A program made the position numbers and the translations under genes. From an uncultured Gammaproteobacteria bacterium (GTDB lineage Bacteria; Patescibacteriota; Patescibacteriia; JAGVFQ01), in assembly GCA_964518525.1 (NCBI GenBank), contig CAZFGO010000001.1, forward strand, positions 21,971 through 63,651: a stretch of DNA of 41,681 nucleotides, in the 5' to 3' direction. The notes below the pieces were generated by a model. It was given only the letters and a program-made list of their open reading frames with translations. It had not been told where the DNA came from and searched no databases. Positions within the stretch are counted from its first letter, which is position 1; every line of letters begins with the position of its first letter. Below are positions 8,175 through 17,725 of this stretch, piece by piece.

Positions 8175-10901
8175 TTATTGTTTTTGAAGGATCAGGCCAT
8201 AAGTTTGGTCTGAATCAAGCGAGGTTTTAAATTCCAGAGTTTTATCTTGGCGAGCGACGAGATCAGACGGATAACTAAAGAAAACAGCTAAATCTTTTGG
8301 CAGCGAGAGCGTGCTTGAAAATTCTGAAGCCGAGCTGCCGGGTTGCTTTTGGACTAGGAAAGTATAATAAATCAAATTGGCATCAGTTTTAAACCCCAGG
8401 GTTCGCTTGATTCGGTCCAACCAGGTTTCGTTTTGATTGATCGGGGTCGGTTCTAATTTTAATTTGAAGGGCAGTTGATATTTTAGAGAAACCGTTTTGG
8501 TTTCGCCCGGCGCCAAGGAAAGCCAATTGGCAAAAACTGTTTTACTAAATTCATTATTGATAATGGTTCCGCTTTGGGGATCGGTGGTGGAATTGGTTTC
8601 ACTGGTCAGCAGATCTTGATCGGGTTCATAACCTAGGTCTGGCCTCAAAAAGGCGCTTGGAGGTGGAGCCTGGAAGCCCGCGGCTTCAATTAAGGTGCTA
8701 CCTTGGGGCACATAGATCTTCAGATAATCAACATTCTTCGCACCGGTGAAAGGATCATCTTTAATTCCATTATGGGTTCTCGTGATAATGAGGTTATCAA
8801 TGATCGAGCCGTCGTCGAGAAGGCGAGACCAGTGCTCAATTTTTTGTTTGATCACAAGGTCAGTCTTTCCGCCAGCCACGTTGCTATTGACGACCAAGAG
8901 ATAATCGCTCTTGGCGGGTGGATCTTTAATTTCTCCGCCCCAGCCTAGATTCAAGATTGTTTGTTCGGTCTCGGGCAGAGTCGAATAGAAGATTAAATCT
9001 TTGGATTGCAGCGAATTTTGAAGGAGGGAAAGAATTTGTAAAACCTGTTCTGGCTTTGATTTGAAGAGTTGGTCAAGTAATTTAGGTAAGAGGTCAGCGA
9101 TAAACTGTTTTGGTTTGGCCCGATCCTGGTAATTAAATTCAACTTCGGTTTGAGTTTCAGTCAAGAAATTGTCGCGGTTAATTATCTTTTGATAGGCCGG
9201 TAAGGCGATCGGTCCAGTAATATTGAGCAGGTTTTGAACTAGGGTGGCATTGAGGGCAATAACGCCATCCACGGACGGCCCGCCGCTCTTTTCATAAAAC
9301 CAGATTAATTTTTGGGCCGAGGCGGGGAAGTCGGCAAACCAATTTGCGTCTTGGAATTGCCAGTCGGGGTTGACCAAGTGGAGCGGTTGGGGCGAAATAA
9401 CTTTGACTCGTAAACTGCCTTTGAGATCATAGGAACCGCCAGCTGGTATTTCGAGGCGTTCGATCTTACCTCGATCCAGATCGAGCAGGGCAAAGCTGCC
9501 GATGAATCCGCCCGTGGGCCTTAATTCACTGTTGTTTTGGAAAATCACCAGATAGCGCTTCATTCGGTCTTGTCCTAAAAGATCCAAGGCTAGGGTTGAG
9601 AGATCTGATAATTCGCTAAGACTGCTTTTAAATAGGGGGAGACTGTTTTGAATTTTTGAGAAAACGGTTCCGTAGCCGGTTGGTAGAGTCGAGGGGTCTA
9701 CTTGGTTTAAGTCAGTTATCACTTTATCAAGTCGCTCTAGGATTAAATCTAGGCGATTTTGAATAAAACTAATTTTGTCGGTCAAACCATTTTCGGAAAG
9801 ATTAAGATCTTTCATGATCGCGGCGAGAGCTTGGCTGATTTCAGAGATATTTTTTCCAGCCGAAATTAAGGCCTGACCGTTTTTGAAGGCGGTCCCCTTT
9901 TTTGGCAAGAGGGTGATTAGATTAGCGATAATTGAATTGATTTGGTCAAATTCATTTTGAGCTTGAACAAAACCAGCTTCAGCTTTTTGGAATTTTTCTT
10001 CGGCCGAAGTCAAGTTAAAATCGGCCGTGTCTTTTTGACCGAGATTCAATTGCCTGATTGCTCCTAGTGTCAGAGTAGAAATTTTATCATTAGAATTTTG
10101 AAGCTGACCATAATAAGTGAAGGCCTGAATCGGCAGAGCCAAAATAAAAGCGAGAGCCATAAAGCCGATCAAGGCGCGTTGCCAGCCACTCGGTGGATTC
10201 AGTCTGAAGATTTCCTGAGACTGGTCACCAGACCAACTAGTCCCTTCTCGAGAAAACTTAATCCGCAATTTTTTCAGCGCCCAGTGGATCAAACTAATTG
10301 GCCCAGAAATTAGTTTAGCTACCAATTTAATTAAGATTAGAAGACTCCAGCCCCAAAATTGTATTAGATTAACCAGAGTGAGCTCCTTTAATTTAGTCCA
10401 ATCCCAAACTGCTCGGATCTTTGGGCTGTTTTTTTCGAGACGCGGACTAGTTGTCAAGCTTGGTTTCTGTCGAAAGAGGAGCGTGAAATCAGCAGCAGTT
10501 TCATTTCTCTTTTTGCTGAGGCGGAGCGTGAAATCAATCCAGTTAGTTCTAATTCGGTTTTTGATCGAGACGATTAATCGGATCAATTCTTCTAATCGCT
10601 GATCTAGAGATTTCCGAGGTTCGATTGAGTTAATTTTATCGGAATCTTTTAATTGATTAGTCCAAAAATTATAGAGCGACTCTCTGAAATAAGTTTTGGT
10701 GGTGATAGCTTTTTGTTTTTGCTCTGTTTGTTGTTTGATTAATTCTTTTAAATCTAAAACATGGGGCGAAGAAAGTTTTGATCCGGTGTGTTTTGGAGCA
10801 ACACTCAAATTAACCCCTTCGATTTTAGCAAGGCGTGGGGTTTCGTCTAGAATTTTTTTCGCTCGACGCGATTTTTTTGGTTTGATTTGGTTTTTAGGCA
10901 T
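8175..10901 (-). CDS. DUF4012 domain-containing membrane protein
   Basis: It contains the ELRPTGGFIGSFALLDLDRGKI motif characteristic of DUF4012. It has a TM segment and a coiled-coil N-terminal half. Its start overlaps the stop of the upstream GT by 8 nt (ATGCCTAA). Confidence 0.75.
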   Translation of the reverse strand: MPKNQIKPKKSRRAKKILDETPRLAKIEGVNLSVAPKHTGSKLSSPHVLDLKELIKQQTEQKQKAITTKTYFRESLYNFWTNQLKDSDKINSIEPRKSLDQRLEELIRLIVSIKNRIRTNWIDFTLRLSKKRNETAADFTLLFRQKPSLTTSPRLEKNSPKIRAVWDWTKLKELTLVNLIQFWGWSLLILIKLVAKLISGPISLIHWALKKLRIKFSREGTSWSGDQSQEIFRLNPPSGWQRALIGFMALAFILALPIQAFTYYGQLQNSNDKISTLTLGAIRQLNLGQKDTADFNLTSAEEKFQKAEAGFVQAQNEFDQINSIIANLITLLPKKGTAFKNGQALISAGKNISEISQALAAIMKDLNLSENGLTDKISFIQNRLDLILERLDKVITDLNQVDPSTLPTGYGTVFSKIQNSLPLFKSSLSELSDLSTLALDLLGQDRMKRYLVIFQNNSELRPTGGFIGSFALLDLDRGKIERLEIPAGGSYDLKGSLRVKVISPQPLHLVNPDWQFQDANWFADFPASAQKLIWFYEKSGGPSVDGVIALNATLVQNLLNITGPIALPAYQKIINRDNFLTETQTEVEFNYQDRAKPKQFIADLLPKLLDQLFKSKPEQVLQILSLLQNSLQSKDLIFYSTLPETEQTILNLGWGGEIKDPPAKSDYLLVVNSNVAGGKTDLVIKQKIEHWSRLLDDGSIIDNLIITRTHNGIKDDPFTGAKNVDYLKIYVPQGSTLIEAAGFQAPPPSAFLRPDLGYEPDQDLLTSETNSTTDPQSGTIINNEFSKTVFANWLSLAPGETKTVSLKYQLPFKLKLEPTPINQNETWLDRIKRTLGFKTDANLIYYTFLVQKQPGSSASEFSSTLSLPKDLAVFFSYPSDLVARQDKTLEFKTSLDSDQTYGLILQKQ

Positions 10902-12051
10902 GAGAATAAACTTCCCGAGTTTTTTCAGCGCAGTCTCGCCAACTGTATTTTTTAACTTGGTTTAAGCCCTTCAGGGTTAATTCTTTCTTTAGTTTTTGAT
11001 CATTTAAAACTTCTTTAATGACCTCAATCATTTCCTTTTGATCAGCGGGATTGAAATAGCGGGCGGCTGGACCAAGTATTTCCGGCAGGGCGGTCTTTTG
11101 GCTTGCAACCACTGGCAAGCCATAACTCATGGCTTCGAGTGCTGGCAATCCAAACCCTTCATAAAAGGAGGGAAAAATATAGAGGGAAGCGTTGCGATAA
11201 AGGTCAGCCAAAATTTCCTGCGAGGCGAAACCAAAGAAGATCACTGGTCTGGAGTCATCCGTCCCCAATAAACCTAAATTTTCTGCCTCGTTTTTTAATC
11301 GGCGATAAAAGTAGTCTTCTTTACCCACCAGAACCAATTGATAATTGAACTGGCTATCTTGTTTTAGTTTTTTAAAAACCTCGAGCAGGCCTTCCAGATT
11401 TTTATGAGGATAAGCATTGCCAACGTAAAGTAAAAAGGGCTGGGTAATGCCGTAGCGGGTTAAATCGGTCTCGGGTAGTTTGAGCTGACCGGCTTCAACC
11501 AGGTCGGCGGCTTCATGGGTCACGATGATTTTATCGGCCCTGAGATGAAAGTGATTGATTAGTTCGCCCTTAGTGAATTCCGAAACCGTAATTATTTTTC
11601 TCGCTCGCCTGGTGGCTTGGGCGATATTGATTTGATAACCCAGATACTTCAGTTTATAAAGCAGTGGTCCTAAAGTAGTGGCGCGTTTGGTCGGGAATTT
11701 AGTTAAGATTAAATCATGAATGGTGACTACAAATTTGCCCGGATAGAAAAGCGGAACATTAAAATGAGGGAAATGCATCAGGTCGGGCCGGAATTTTAAA
11801 ATTTTTAAAGGGAAAAGGATTTGCTCTTCGAGAGTATACCAATGATAATTAGCTAAAATTTTTTGAAAGTTAGGCAGGAACGGTTGATATTCAACCCAAT
11901 TTTCTTTTTTTAGAAAAATTAAATAGTGGTTTCTTGATTCAGGTTTTTTTGTCGATTCGATTCGTTCTAAGTTTTCAATCAACTTTTGAGTGTAGCGCCC
12001 CAAGCCTTTGCCCAACGGACCATAAAAGCGGGCATCGATGCCAATCTTCAT
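10894..12051 (-). CDS. Glycosyltransferase family 4 (GT-B fold)
   Basis: EGFGLPALEAMSYGLPVVAS (E-x7-E region) and an N-terminal MKIGIDAR start. Confidence 0.85.
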   Translation of the reverse strand: MKIGIDARFYGPLGKGLGRYTQKLIENLERIESTKKPESRNHYLIFLKKENWVEYQPFLPNFQKILANYHWYTLEEQILFPLKILKFRPDLMHFPHFNVPLFYPGKFVVTIHDLILTKFPTKRATTLGPLLYKLKYLGYQINIAQATRRARKIITVSEFTKGELINHFHLRADKIIVTHEAADLVEAGQLKLPETDLTRYGITQPFLLYVGNAYPHKNLEGLLEVFKKLKQDSQFNYQLVLVGKEDYFYRRLKNEAENLGLLGTDDSRPVIFFGFASQEILADLYRNASLYIFPSFYEGFGLPALEAMSYGLPVVASQKTALPEILGPAARYFNPADQKEMIEVIKEVLNDQKLKKELTLKGLNQVKKYSWRDCAEKTREVYSHA

Positions 12052-12156
12052 AAATGTTTTGCTACTAGAGTAATTAGATTTTTAAGAGCTGAAGAGAGAA
12101 GCCAGGCCAGTGAGTATCATTCTAGATTATAGCCCTAATTTTAGCTCTGGTCAAAG

Positions 12157-13347
12157 TCAAGAAAATTGAGTAAAGAGATCTAAAACTGCTCGAGCCGAAT
12201 CGGCCCAACGGAATTTTCGCGCTTGCTCTGGGCCGCGTTTTTGGAGATTGGTCTTCAAAGTTTCGTTGGTCAGAATCTGATACATCGCTTCGGCTAGCTC
12301 GCTTCGATTATAAGGATCGACCAAGAGTCCGGCGGAGCCAATGATTTCTCCTAAGGAGGAGGTGGAACTCGCTACAACCGGTAGGCCCGAGGCCAGCGCT
12401 TCGAGCGGCGGGAAGCCAAAACCCTCATAAAAGGAAGGATAGACAAAAAGTTTAGCCAAGTTATAGAGGGCTGGTTTATCCTCGAGATCAACATAGCCGA
12501 TAAATCTAACGGCTTCACGATATTTACTTTGATTAGCCAGATGATAGATGTTCTCGTAGGACCAGGAAGGGGAGCCAGCAATTAAGAGTTGGTAGTCGTC
12601 GAGCAGTGAATTTTTATCTTTGAGGATTTCAAAGGCTTCGATCAGTCCTTCGATATTTTTCCTTGGCTCAAGATTGCCTAAATAAAAAATAAAATTTTTT
12701 GGTAGGCGATATTTTTCCTTAGCTCGATTAAGCTGTTTTTGATCATTGATGGGTCGGAAGCTTTCATCAACTCCAGAATAAATAACTTTAATCTTTTCGA
12801 TTGGCAGCTGATAGAAATCGATCAGGTCGTTTTTGGTATTTTCTGAGACAGCGATTATTTGATCAGCGCTAGTAATTAGTTTCCGAGGATTGATAATTTT
12901 ATGCCAGAGTCGGCGTTTGATCGAGTAGAATTCCGGAAATAGTTCGAAAGAAAGATCGTGAACCGTGATAATCTTTTTGGTTTGGTTTTTGAGGGCGATG
13001 AAGTTGAGGTTGGGCAGAAAAAAAAGATCGATTTGGGTCGGTTTAATACCCGATTGGTTTAGTCGGGCGACTAAAAGTTGATCCAATTTTGGCGCTTGGA
13101 TCATTTTCAAACACAGGTTGAGAATCTTATTGGGATAGCGACAGCCGATCAAGTGGACGTTAGGATAATCCCAGTGGGGCAGGTTTCGGCTGACATCAGA
13201 AAATGAATTATAAAATAAAAAATATTGATTTTCCGAATCAATTTTTAAGAGGTGGTTTAGGAGATGATAGGTGTAGTGAGCGACGCCGCTTTGATACGGC
13301 TCCATCAGTGAACGGATATCGATGGCGATCCTCATACTCAATTTCAA
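12157..13347 (-). CDS. Glycosyltransferase family 4 (GT-B fold)
   Basis: EGFGFPPLEALASGLPVVAS motif. The internal Met at MRIAIDIR (13335) is an equally plausible start. Confidence 0.85.
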   Translation of the reverse strand: MKLSMRIAIDIRSLMEPYQSGVAHYTYHLLNHLLKIDSENQYFLFYNSFSDVSRNLPHWDYPNVHLIGCRYPNKILNLCLKMIQAPKLDQLLVARLNQSGIKPTQIDLFFLPNLNFIALKNQTKKIITVHDLSFELFPEFYSIKRRLWHKIINPRKLITSADQIIAVSENTKNDLIDFYQLPIEKIKVIYSGVDESFRPINDQKQLNRAKEKYRLPKNFIFYLGNLEPRKNIEGLIEAFEILKDKNSLLDDYQLLIAGSPSWSYENIYHLANQSKYREAVRFIGYVDLEDKPALYNLAKLFVYPSFYEGFGFPPLEALASGLPVVASSTSSLGEIIGSAGLLVDPYNRSELAEAMYQILTNETLKTNLQKRGPEQARKFRWADSARAVLDLFTQFS

Positions 13348-13380
13348 ACAATTTATTAATTTGAAACTGTATTTAATTGT

Positions 13381-14490
13381 TTAGGGATTTTGGCTACCAT
13401 TAAACTCGGTCCAGCTTTTTTCAAGATAATTTTTAATTTTTTCTTTAAAATTGGCAGTGTCGAATTGCTCGGCTTGCGCCCTAATCCTTTCGGGTTGGTA
13501 AGTTGAGGGTTGAAAGCGGATGATCGTATCACCCAAGGCTTCCCAGCTTTGTTCGTCAAAAAATTTGCCCGTCACTCCCTCGATGACTGTTTCCTTCGCT
13601 CCGCCGCCGGCAAAGGCAATGACCGGTCGACCGGAGGCCATGGCCTCGATTACTGTGAGACCAAAATCCTCAACCTGGGGGTGGATAAAGGCCAGACAAT
13701 GGCTATAGAGCTCAACCAATTCTGATTCGGTCACTTTACCTAAGAATTCGATATTGGCCTTGGCTTGGGTCCTGAGACGAGCCTCTTCTGGCCCAGTGCC
13801 AAAGATTTTTAAAGGAATATTCAAACGATTGAAAGCCTGAATCACTAAATCAAAACGTTTGTAGGGCACCAGTCGACCGCCGGCGAGGTAATAGTTACCT
13901 AAGCGGTCGGCGATTTTGAATTTTTCAGTTTCCACCGGCGGATAAATGATCTCGCTCTCTCGACGGTAATATTTTTTGATGCGTTCTTGGACGGTTTTGG
14001 AATTGGCAATAAAGAGATCGACTCGATCGGCGGCCAGGCGATCCCAGAGGCGGAGATCAACCAAGAGGGAAGGAATAATTCTTTTAACTAGCCCGTTACG
14101 ATTGAGATTGGCGATGTAATCATGGGTGTCGGTCCAGAGATAGCGGGTCGGTGTGTGACAATAGCAAAGATGAAGGGCCTTGGGTCCGGTGATGACACCC
14201 TTAGCAAAGCCGGAGCTTGAGGAGAGAACCACATCATAATCCATTAAATTATGGTTCTCGGTCGCCCAAGGCATGAGGGGTAAAAACCATTGGTATTTTT
14301 TCTTACCCCAGGGCAATTTTTGAATAAAGGAGGTTTGAATCTCTCGTTCTCTGAAAATCGGATCGGTCTTTTCTGGATCATAAACCAGGGTGAAGGTGGG
14401 AGCTTCAGGAAAGATTGTCTGAAACACTTTTAAAACTTTTTCCGCCCCGCCGTCTTGGGTTAGATGATCATGGACCAGCGCTACTTTCAT
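13381..14490 (-). CDS. Glycosyltransferase family 4 (GT-B fold)
   Basis: EDFGLTVIEAMASGRPVIAF motif and an N-terminal MKVALVHD..GGAEKV start. Confidence 0.85.
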   Translation of the reverse strand: MKVALVHDHLTQDGGAEKVLKVFQTIFPEAPTFTLVYDPEKTDPIFREREIQTSFIQKLPWGKKKYQWFLPLMPWATENHNLMDYDVVLSSSSGFAKGVITGPKALHLCYCHTPTRYLWTDTHDYIANLNRNGLVKRIIPSLLVDLRLWDRLAADRVDLFIANSKTVQERIKKYYRRESEIIYPPVETEKFKIADRLGNYYLAGGRLVPYKRFDLVIQAFNRLNIPLKIFGTGPEEARLRTQAKANIEFLGKVTESELVELYSHCLAFIHPQVEDFGLTVIEAMASGRPVIAFAGGGAKETVIEGVTGKFFDEQSWEALGDTIIRFQPSTYQPERIRAQAEQFDTANFKEKIKNYLEKSWTEFNGSQNP

Positions 14491-14585
14491 AGAGTTGATT
14501 AGTTCAATTTGAATTTAGAATTTAGTTAAAGCGAGTTCGGCCGTCTTAAGTTTAGCATTTTAGGTTGGTTTCTGACAAAAGTCAA

Positions 14586-14634
14586 GGAATAAAAAATTGT
14601 CGAAGTGATTTCGAAATTCGCCTCGACAATTTTT
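14586..14634 (-). terminator. Hairpin plus U-run immediately after the sugar-transferase stop
   Basis: 12-bp stem AAAAATTGTCGA/TCGACAATTTTT (14592-14603 / 14623-14634) with an internal ATTTCGAAAT palindrome in the loop. A T-run follows on the minus strand. It may be leaky, because the GT genes follow on the same strand. Confidence 0.45.
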
Positions 14635-16039
14635 ATAACGTTTCTCGTTTTCTGATAACCGCTAAAGGAGTTTTTAGGAGAATTTGGAGATCTAATTTGA
14701 GCGACCAATTTTCAATATAAAAAGTGTCGAGTTTCACCTCTTCCTCAAAAGACAAATCGCTGCGGCCGGAAACCTGGGCTAAGCCCGTAATACCCGGCTT
14801 GATCTCGAGCACTCGTTTGTGATCTCGCTCATAGCGAGCCACTTCTTCGATCTCGTGGGCGCGCGGACCCACCAGACTCATGGTGCCGATGAGCACCAAA
14901 AATAACTGAGCTAGCTCATCGAGCGAAAAGCGCCTCAAGAATTTTCCCACGCGAGTGACGCGGGGATCGTCTTTGAATTTGATCATGGGGGTACCGGCTC
15001 GCAAGTCTTGATGTTGCTTTCGGAACTCTTCATCATAACGTAACCAGTGCGTGCCGTGTTTCATAGTTCGGAATTTTAGAAAAGTTATTGGCTGACCTTT
15101 CTCGCCGACTCGCTGGTATTTAAAAAAAACTGGTCCGGGCGAATCCAACTTAATTGCCAGAGCTATGAGGAGCATAATCGGACTGGCGATGATGATCGCC
15201 AGAATCGAACCAATGAGATCGAAGATTCTTTTGATAATTTTTCCCCAACCCTCGAGCGGCGTCCGCTCGAGTTCGATAATCGGTATTTCGGCTATGGTGT
15301 CGACGCTGACTCTCGTGACTCGCGATTCGAAGGGGCCGGCGGCGTAACGAAAGGTGAGATGATTGTCATTGGCCAGGTCGATAATTTCCAGGCTCTGGTG
15401 GCGCGAGATCAAAGTATCAGTTTGAATGATTTCATCGATTGGTTTTTGTCGGTGTAATTCGAGAATTTTGTTTTTCACTCCTTCGTCAAAAGCCGGAAAG
15501 CGGTCGACGATTTGATAACCGAGCTTGGGATGGCGGTGAAGTTCGGCCGCGATCAGTTCGGTCAGGCTATCATTGCCGATAATAATGATTCGCCGAGCAC
15601 CGAGACCGTATTTAAGCAAAAAGTTTTGAATCGAATAAATAATTAGGCGGCCGAAGCTGACAAAAACAATGCTCAGGGCCCAGGCGGCCAAGACGATGAA
15701 ACGCGAAGTGAAGAGTTCTTGGCTAAAGAAAAGATAGACAATCACGGCTAAGACGCCGGTTGAGCAAGCCAGAAAGATGGCCGAGAGATCGTTGATTAAT
15801 TTATGGCGACGAATGGAATAAAGACCGGCTAGGGCAAAGATGATGAGCCAGCCCAGAGCCACGGCCAAAACAATTTTTAGATATTGGCTAAAAGGTAAAA
15901 TAAAAATAATTGGTCTGAGGCCAATTATTGTCTCCTCGAATCTGAGATAATAAGCAACGACTGCGGCGAGGACAATCATCAGATAATCGATTGGGACGAG
16001 GAGGCTAGCAAAAGTTAGTTCACTTTTTTTCATAACCAA
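14633..16039 (-). CDS. Polyprenyl-phosphate glycosyl-1-phosphate transferase (bacterial sugar transferase, WcaJ/WbaP-like priming enzyme)
   Basis: N-terminal TM helices and a central Rossmann-like segment (IIIGNDS). C-terminal catalytic domain motifs: FKYQRVG, LKFRTM, DELAQL and PGITGLAQVSGRS. Confidence 0.85.
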   Translation of the reverse strand: MVMKKSELTFASLLVPIDYLMIVLAAVVAYYLRFEETIIGLRPIIFILPFSQYLKIVLAVALGWLIIFALAGLYSIRRHKLINDLSAIFLACSTGVLAVIVYLFFSQELFTSRFIVLAAWALSIVFVSFGRLIIYSIQNFLLKYGLGARRIIIIGNDSLTELIAAELHRHPKLGYQIVDRFPAFDEGVKNKILELHRQKPIDEIIQTDTLISRHQSLEIIDLANDNHLTFRYAAGPFESRVTRVSVDTIAEIPIIELERTPLEGWGKIIKRIFDLIGSILAIIIASPIMLLIALAIKLDSPGPVFFKYQRVGEKGQPITFLKFRTMKHGTHWLRYDEEFRKQHQDLRAGTPMIKFKDDPRVTRVGKFLRRFSLDELAQLFLVLIGTMSLVGPRAHEIEEVARYERDHKRVLEIKPGITGLAQVSGRSDLSFEEEVKLDTFYIENWSLKLDLQILLKTPLAVIRKRETL

Positions 16040-16073
16040 ATTAATTGAAAATGGTTAAGTAAAATTAAACAGG

Positions 16074-16500
16074 AATCAAGGCGAGCTGTAAGCCGGATTC
16101 TGTCTTTGGGCCACTCGGAATAAATTTTTTATTCTCGTCTGGCCAGAGTATGGTCATCTATCTAGCCCCGACGTTACCGTCGGGATCAAGCCCCTTTTAG
16201 AGTTGCACCAAGTAGAGTTTACCCCAATTCTCCCATCGCTGGGAGTCGAGAAAAGTAGCTGGTAGCCAATTTGTCTAGACTAGTCGTTTAAACAAATTAG
16301 CTCAAACATCTTTTCACTTTTCACCTTTCATCCCGACTTTGGGTCGGGATTAGTATTTGTCTCTGTGGCACTGGTCCTCGTCCCGATTCGCATCGGGATA
16401 CGGGTGGGCGTTACCCATTACTTTTTCTTCTTTTTAGAAGAGCTGGTGTCCGGACTTTCCTCTCCAAAAAATTTGGAGCGACCATTCGCTTGCCTTGATT
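16074..16500 (-). ncRNA. rnpB: RNase P RNA (bacterial type)
   Basis: The minus strand reads GGAGAGGAAAGUCCGGACACC (P4 5' strand) and ACAGAAUCCGGCUUACAGCUCGCC (P4 3' strand). The P1 helix is AAUCAAGGC/GCCUUGAUU. There are GNRA-capped hairpins (GUAA, GCGA) with UCCCGA/UCGGGA stems. Confidence 0.88.
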
Positions 16501-16551
16501 TCTATTTAATTTTAGAGATCAATTATTTTATTTTAAAAGATAGTGGTTTTT

Positions 16552-16580
16552 ATTATATAGTAAAAATTATAATTTGTCAA
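16552..16580 (-). promoter_or_regulatory. Consensus sigma70-type promoter upstream of rnpB
   Basis: The minus strand reads TTGACA-17 nt-TATAAT (perfect hexamers, 17-nt spacer), about 45-50 nt upstream of the P1 5' end. Confidence 0.55.
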
Positions 16581-16627
16581 TCGGTCGGTCCTTTAGCCAA
16601 AATTTAGACCAGTTCACTGAATCCATT

Positions 16628-17725
16628 TTAGATTAAGCCAATTTTTTTCTTCACTTCCGTCATAGTTTCTTCGGCTACCGCTCCGGCTTTTTTAGCGCCT
16701 TGGGCTAAGATTTTTTTTATTTCTTTTGGCTTTCGGGACCATTCCTTCCGTCGTTTTCGAAAATCAGCAAAATATTGGCTAATCACTTGGGCCAAGGTTT
16801 CTTTGAGTTCACTGTATTTAATAGTTTTATTGTCTTGGGTTTTTCTAAATTTTTCGTATTCTTCTTTGGCCCCAAACTCTCTGAGCAGGTTTAAGAGATT
16901 TTCTGCTCCTTGGGGAATTTTTTCTTCCGTACCCAAACCCGTGACCGCCCGTTTCAATTTTGCTCTAATTACCATTGGTTCATCATTAATACCAAGGTAA
17001 TGATCTGGGCCGGCGCTCTTGGACATTTTCTTTTCCGGTTCGAGGAGGCTCATAATTTTGGGCGTGGGGGTGAGAATTGATTTTGGTTCGGGGAAGGTTT
17101 GGCCAAAGCGGTGGTTGAAGCGGCGAGCAATCTCGCGAGTGAGTTCAACATGCTGAACTTGATCTTTGCCCACGGGCACCAGGTTAGCTCGGTAGAGAAG
17201 GATATCGGCGGCTTGAAGAACCGGGTAATCCAGGAGACCAGTGTTATTTTTATTGATTGTTCCAAAAAAATCTAAGATATCTTCGGCCACGGCTGGGGCC
17301 AGATATTCTTTTTCAGATTTTTTGATTAGCTCGAGTTCAGTCTCTAGATCTTTGAAAGTGGTGGTGGCGTTGCTCTTTTCTTTGAATTGGGTCATTCGAT
17401 AGAGTTCGGCGATGGGCGTAATAGTATTAAAGATCCAAGCCAGTTCGGTGCACTGGGGAACCTGCGATTGAACAAAGATGACCGATTTTTTGGGATCAAT
17501 TCCCGCGGAAAGGAGATCGGCGGCTAGATCATAAATCTGTTGCAACTTTTTTTGGGGATCGTAGCTTTCGGTCAGGGAGTGATAATCGGCAATAAAAAAA
17601 TAACTAGGATATTGTTTTTGGAGTTCGACCCAGTTTTTGATGGCGGAAAGATAATTACCAATGTGGAGCTCACCCGAGGGCTGAATGCCCGAGAGAATAA
17701 TATTATTATTTTTCATATAATTCAT
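16628..17725 (-). CDS. trpS: Tryptophanyl-tRNA synthetase
   Basis: GIQPSGELHIGNY (HIGH region), KMSKS and YPVLQAADILLY. The true start is probably the ATG at 17716 (MKNNN...) because the 17725 ATG overlaps the -10 box. Confidence 0.9.
   Translation of the reverse strand: MNYMKNNNIILSGIQPSGELHIGNYLSAIKNWVELQKQYPSYFFIADYHSLTESYDPQKKLQQIYDLAADLLSAGIDPKKSVIFVQSQVPQCTELAWIFNTITPIAELYRMTQFKEKSNATTTFKDLETELELIKKSEKEYLAPAVAEDILDFFGTINKNNTGLLDYPVLQAADILLYRANLVPVGKDQVQHVELTREIARRFNHRFGQTFPEPKSILTPTPKIMSLLEPEKKMSKSAGPDHYLGINDEPMVIRAKLKRAVTGLGTEEKIPQGAENLLNLLREFGAKEEYEKFRKTQDNKTIKYSELKETLAQVISQYFADFRKRRKEWSRKPKEIKKILAQGAKKAGAVAEETMTEVKKKIGLI

Noticed and set aside
10478-10536. 14-bp perfect direct repeat GGAGCGTGAAATCA, two copies 45 bp apart, inside the DUF4012 gene.
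   Set aside because: It is in frame and encodes a repeated DFTL peptide in a low-complexity N-terminal region. It is most simply a small internal duplication with no independent signal.
13356-13559. Small overlapping ORFs at GT gene junctions (13356-13559 -, 14526-14708 -).
   Set aside because: They overlap the ends of strongly supported glycosyltransferase and sugar-transferase genes in other frames, and they have no translation signals.
16365-16607. 80-aa plus-strand ORF in the trpS/sugar-transferase spacer.
   Set aside because: It overlaps the RNase P RNA gene on the opposite strand, and its translation is low-complexity. The region is explained by rnpB and its promoter.
17221-17400. Extra segment of about 35 aa in TrpRS, between FKEKS and GLLDYPVLQAADIL, relative to the E. 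coli and B. subtilis enzymes as I remember them.
   Set aside because: The DNA shows no strong palindrome or repeat, unlike the ileS case. Lineage-specific loop insertions in aaRS are common. It needs an alignment before it is worth calling.
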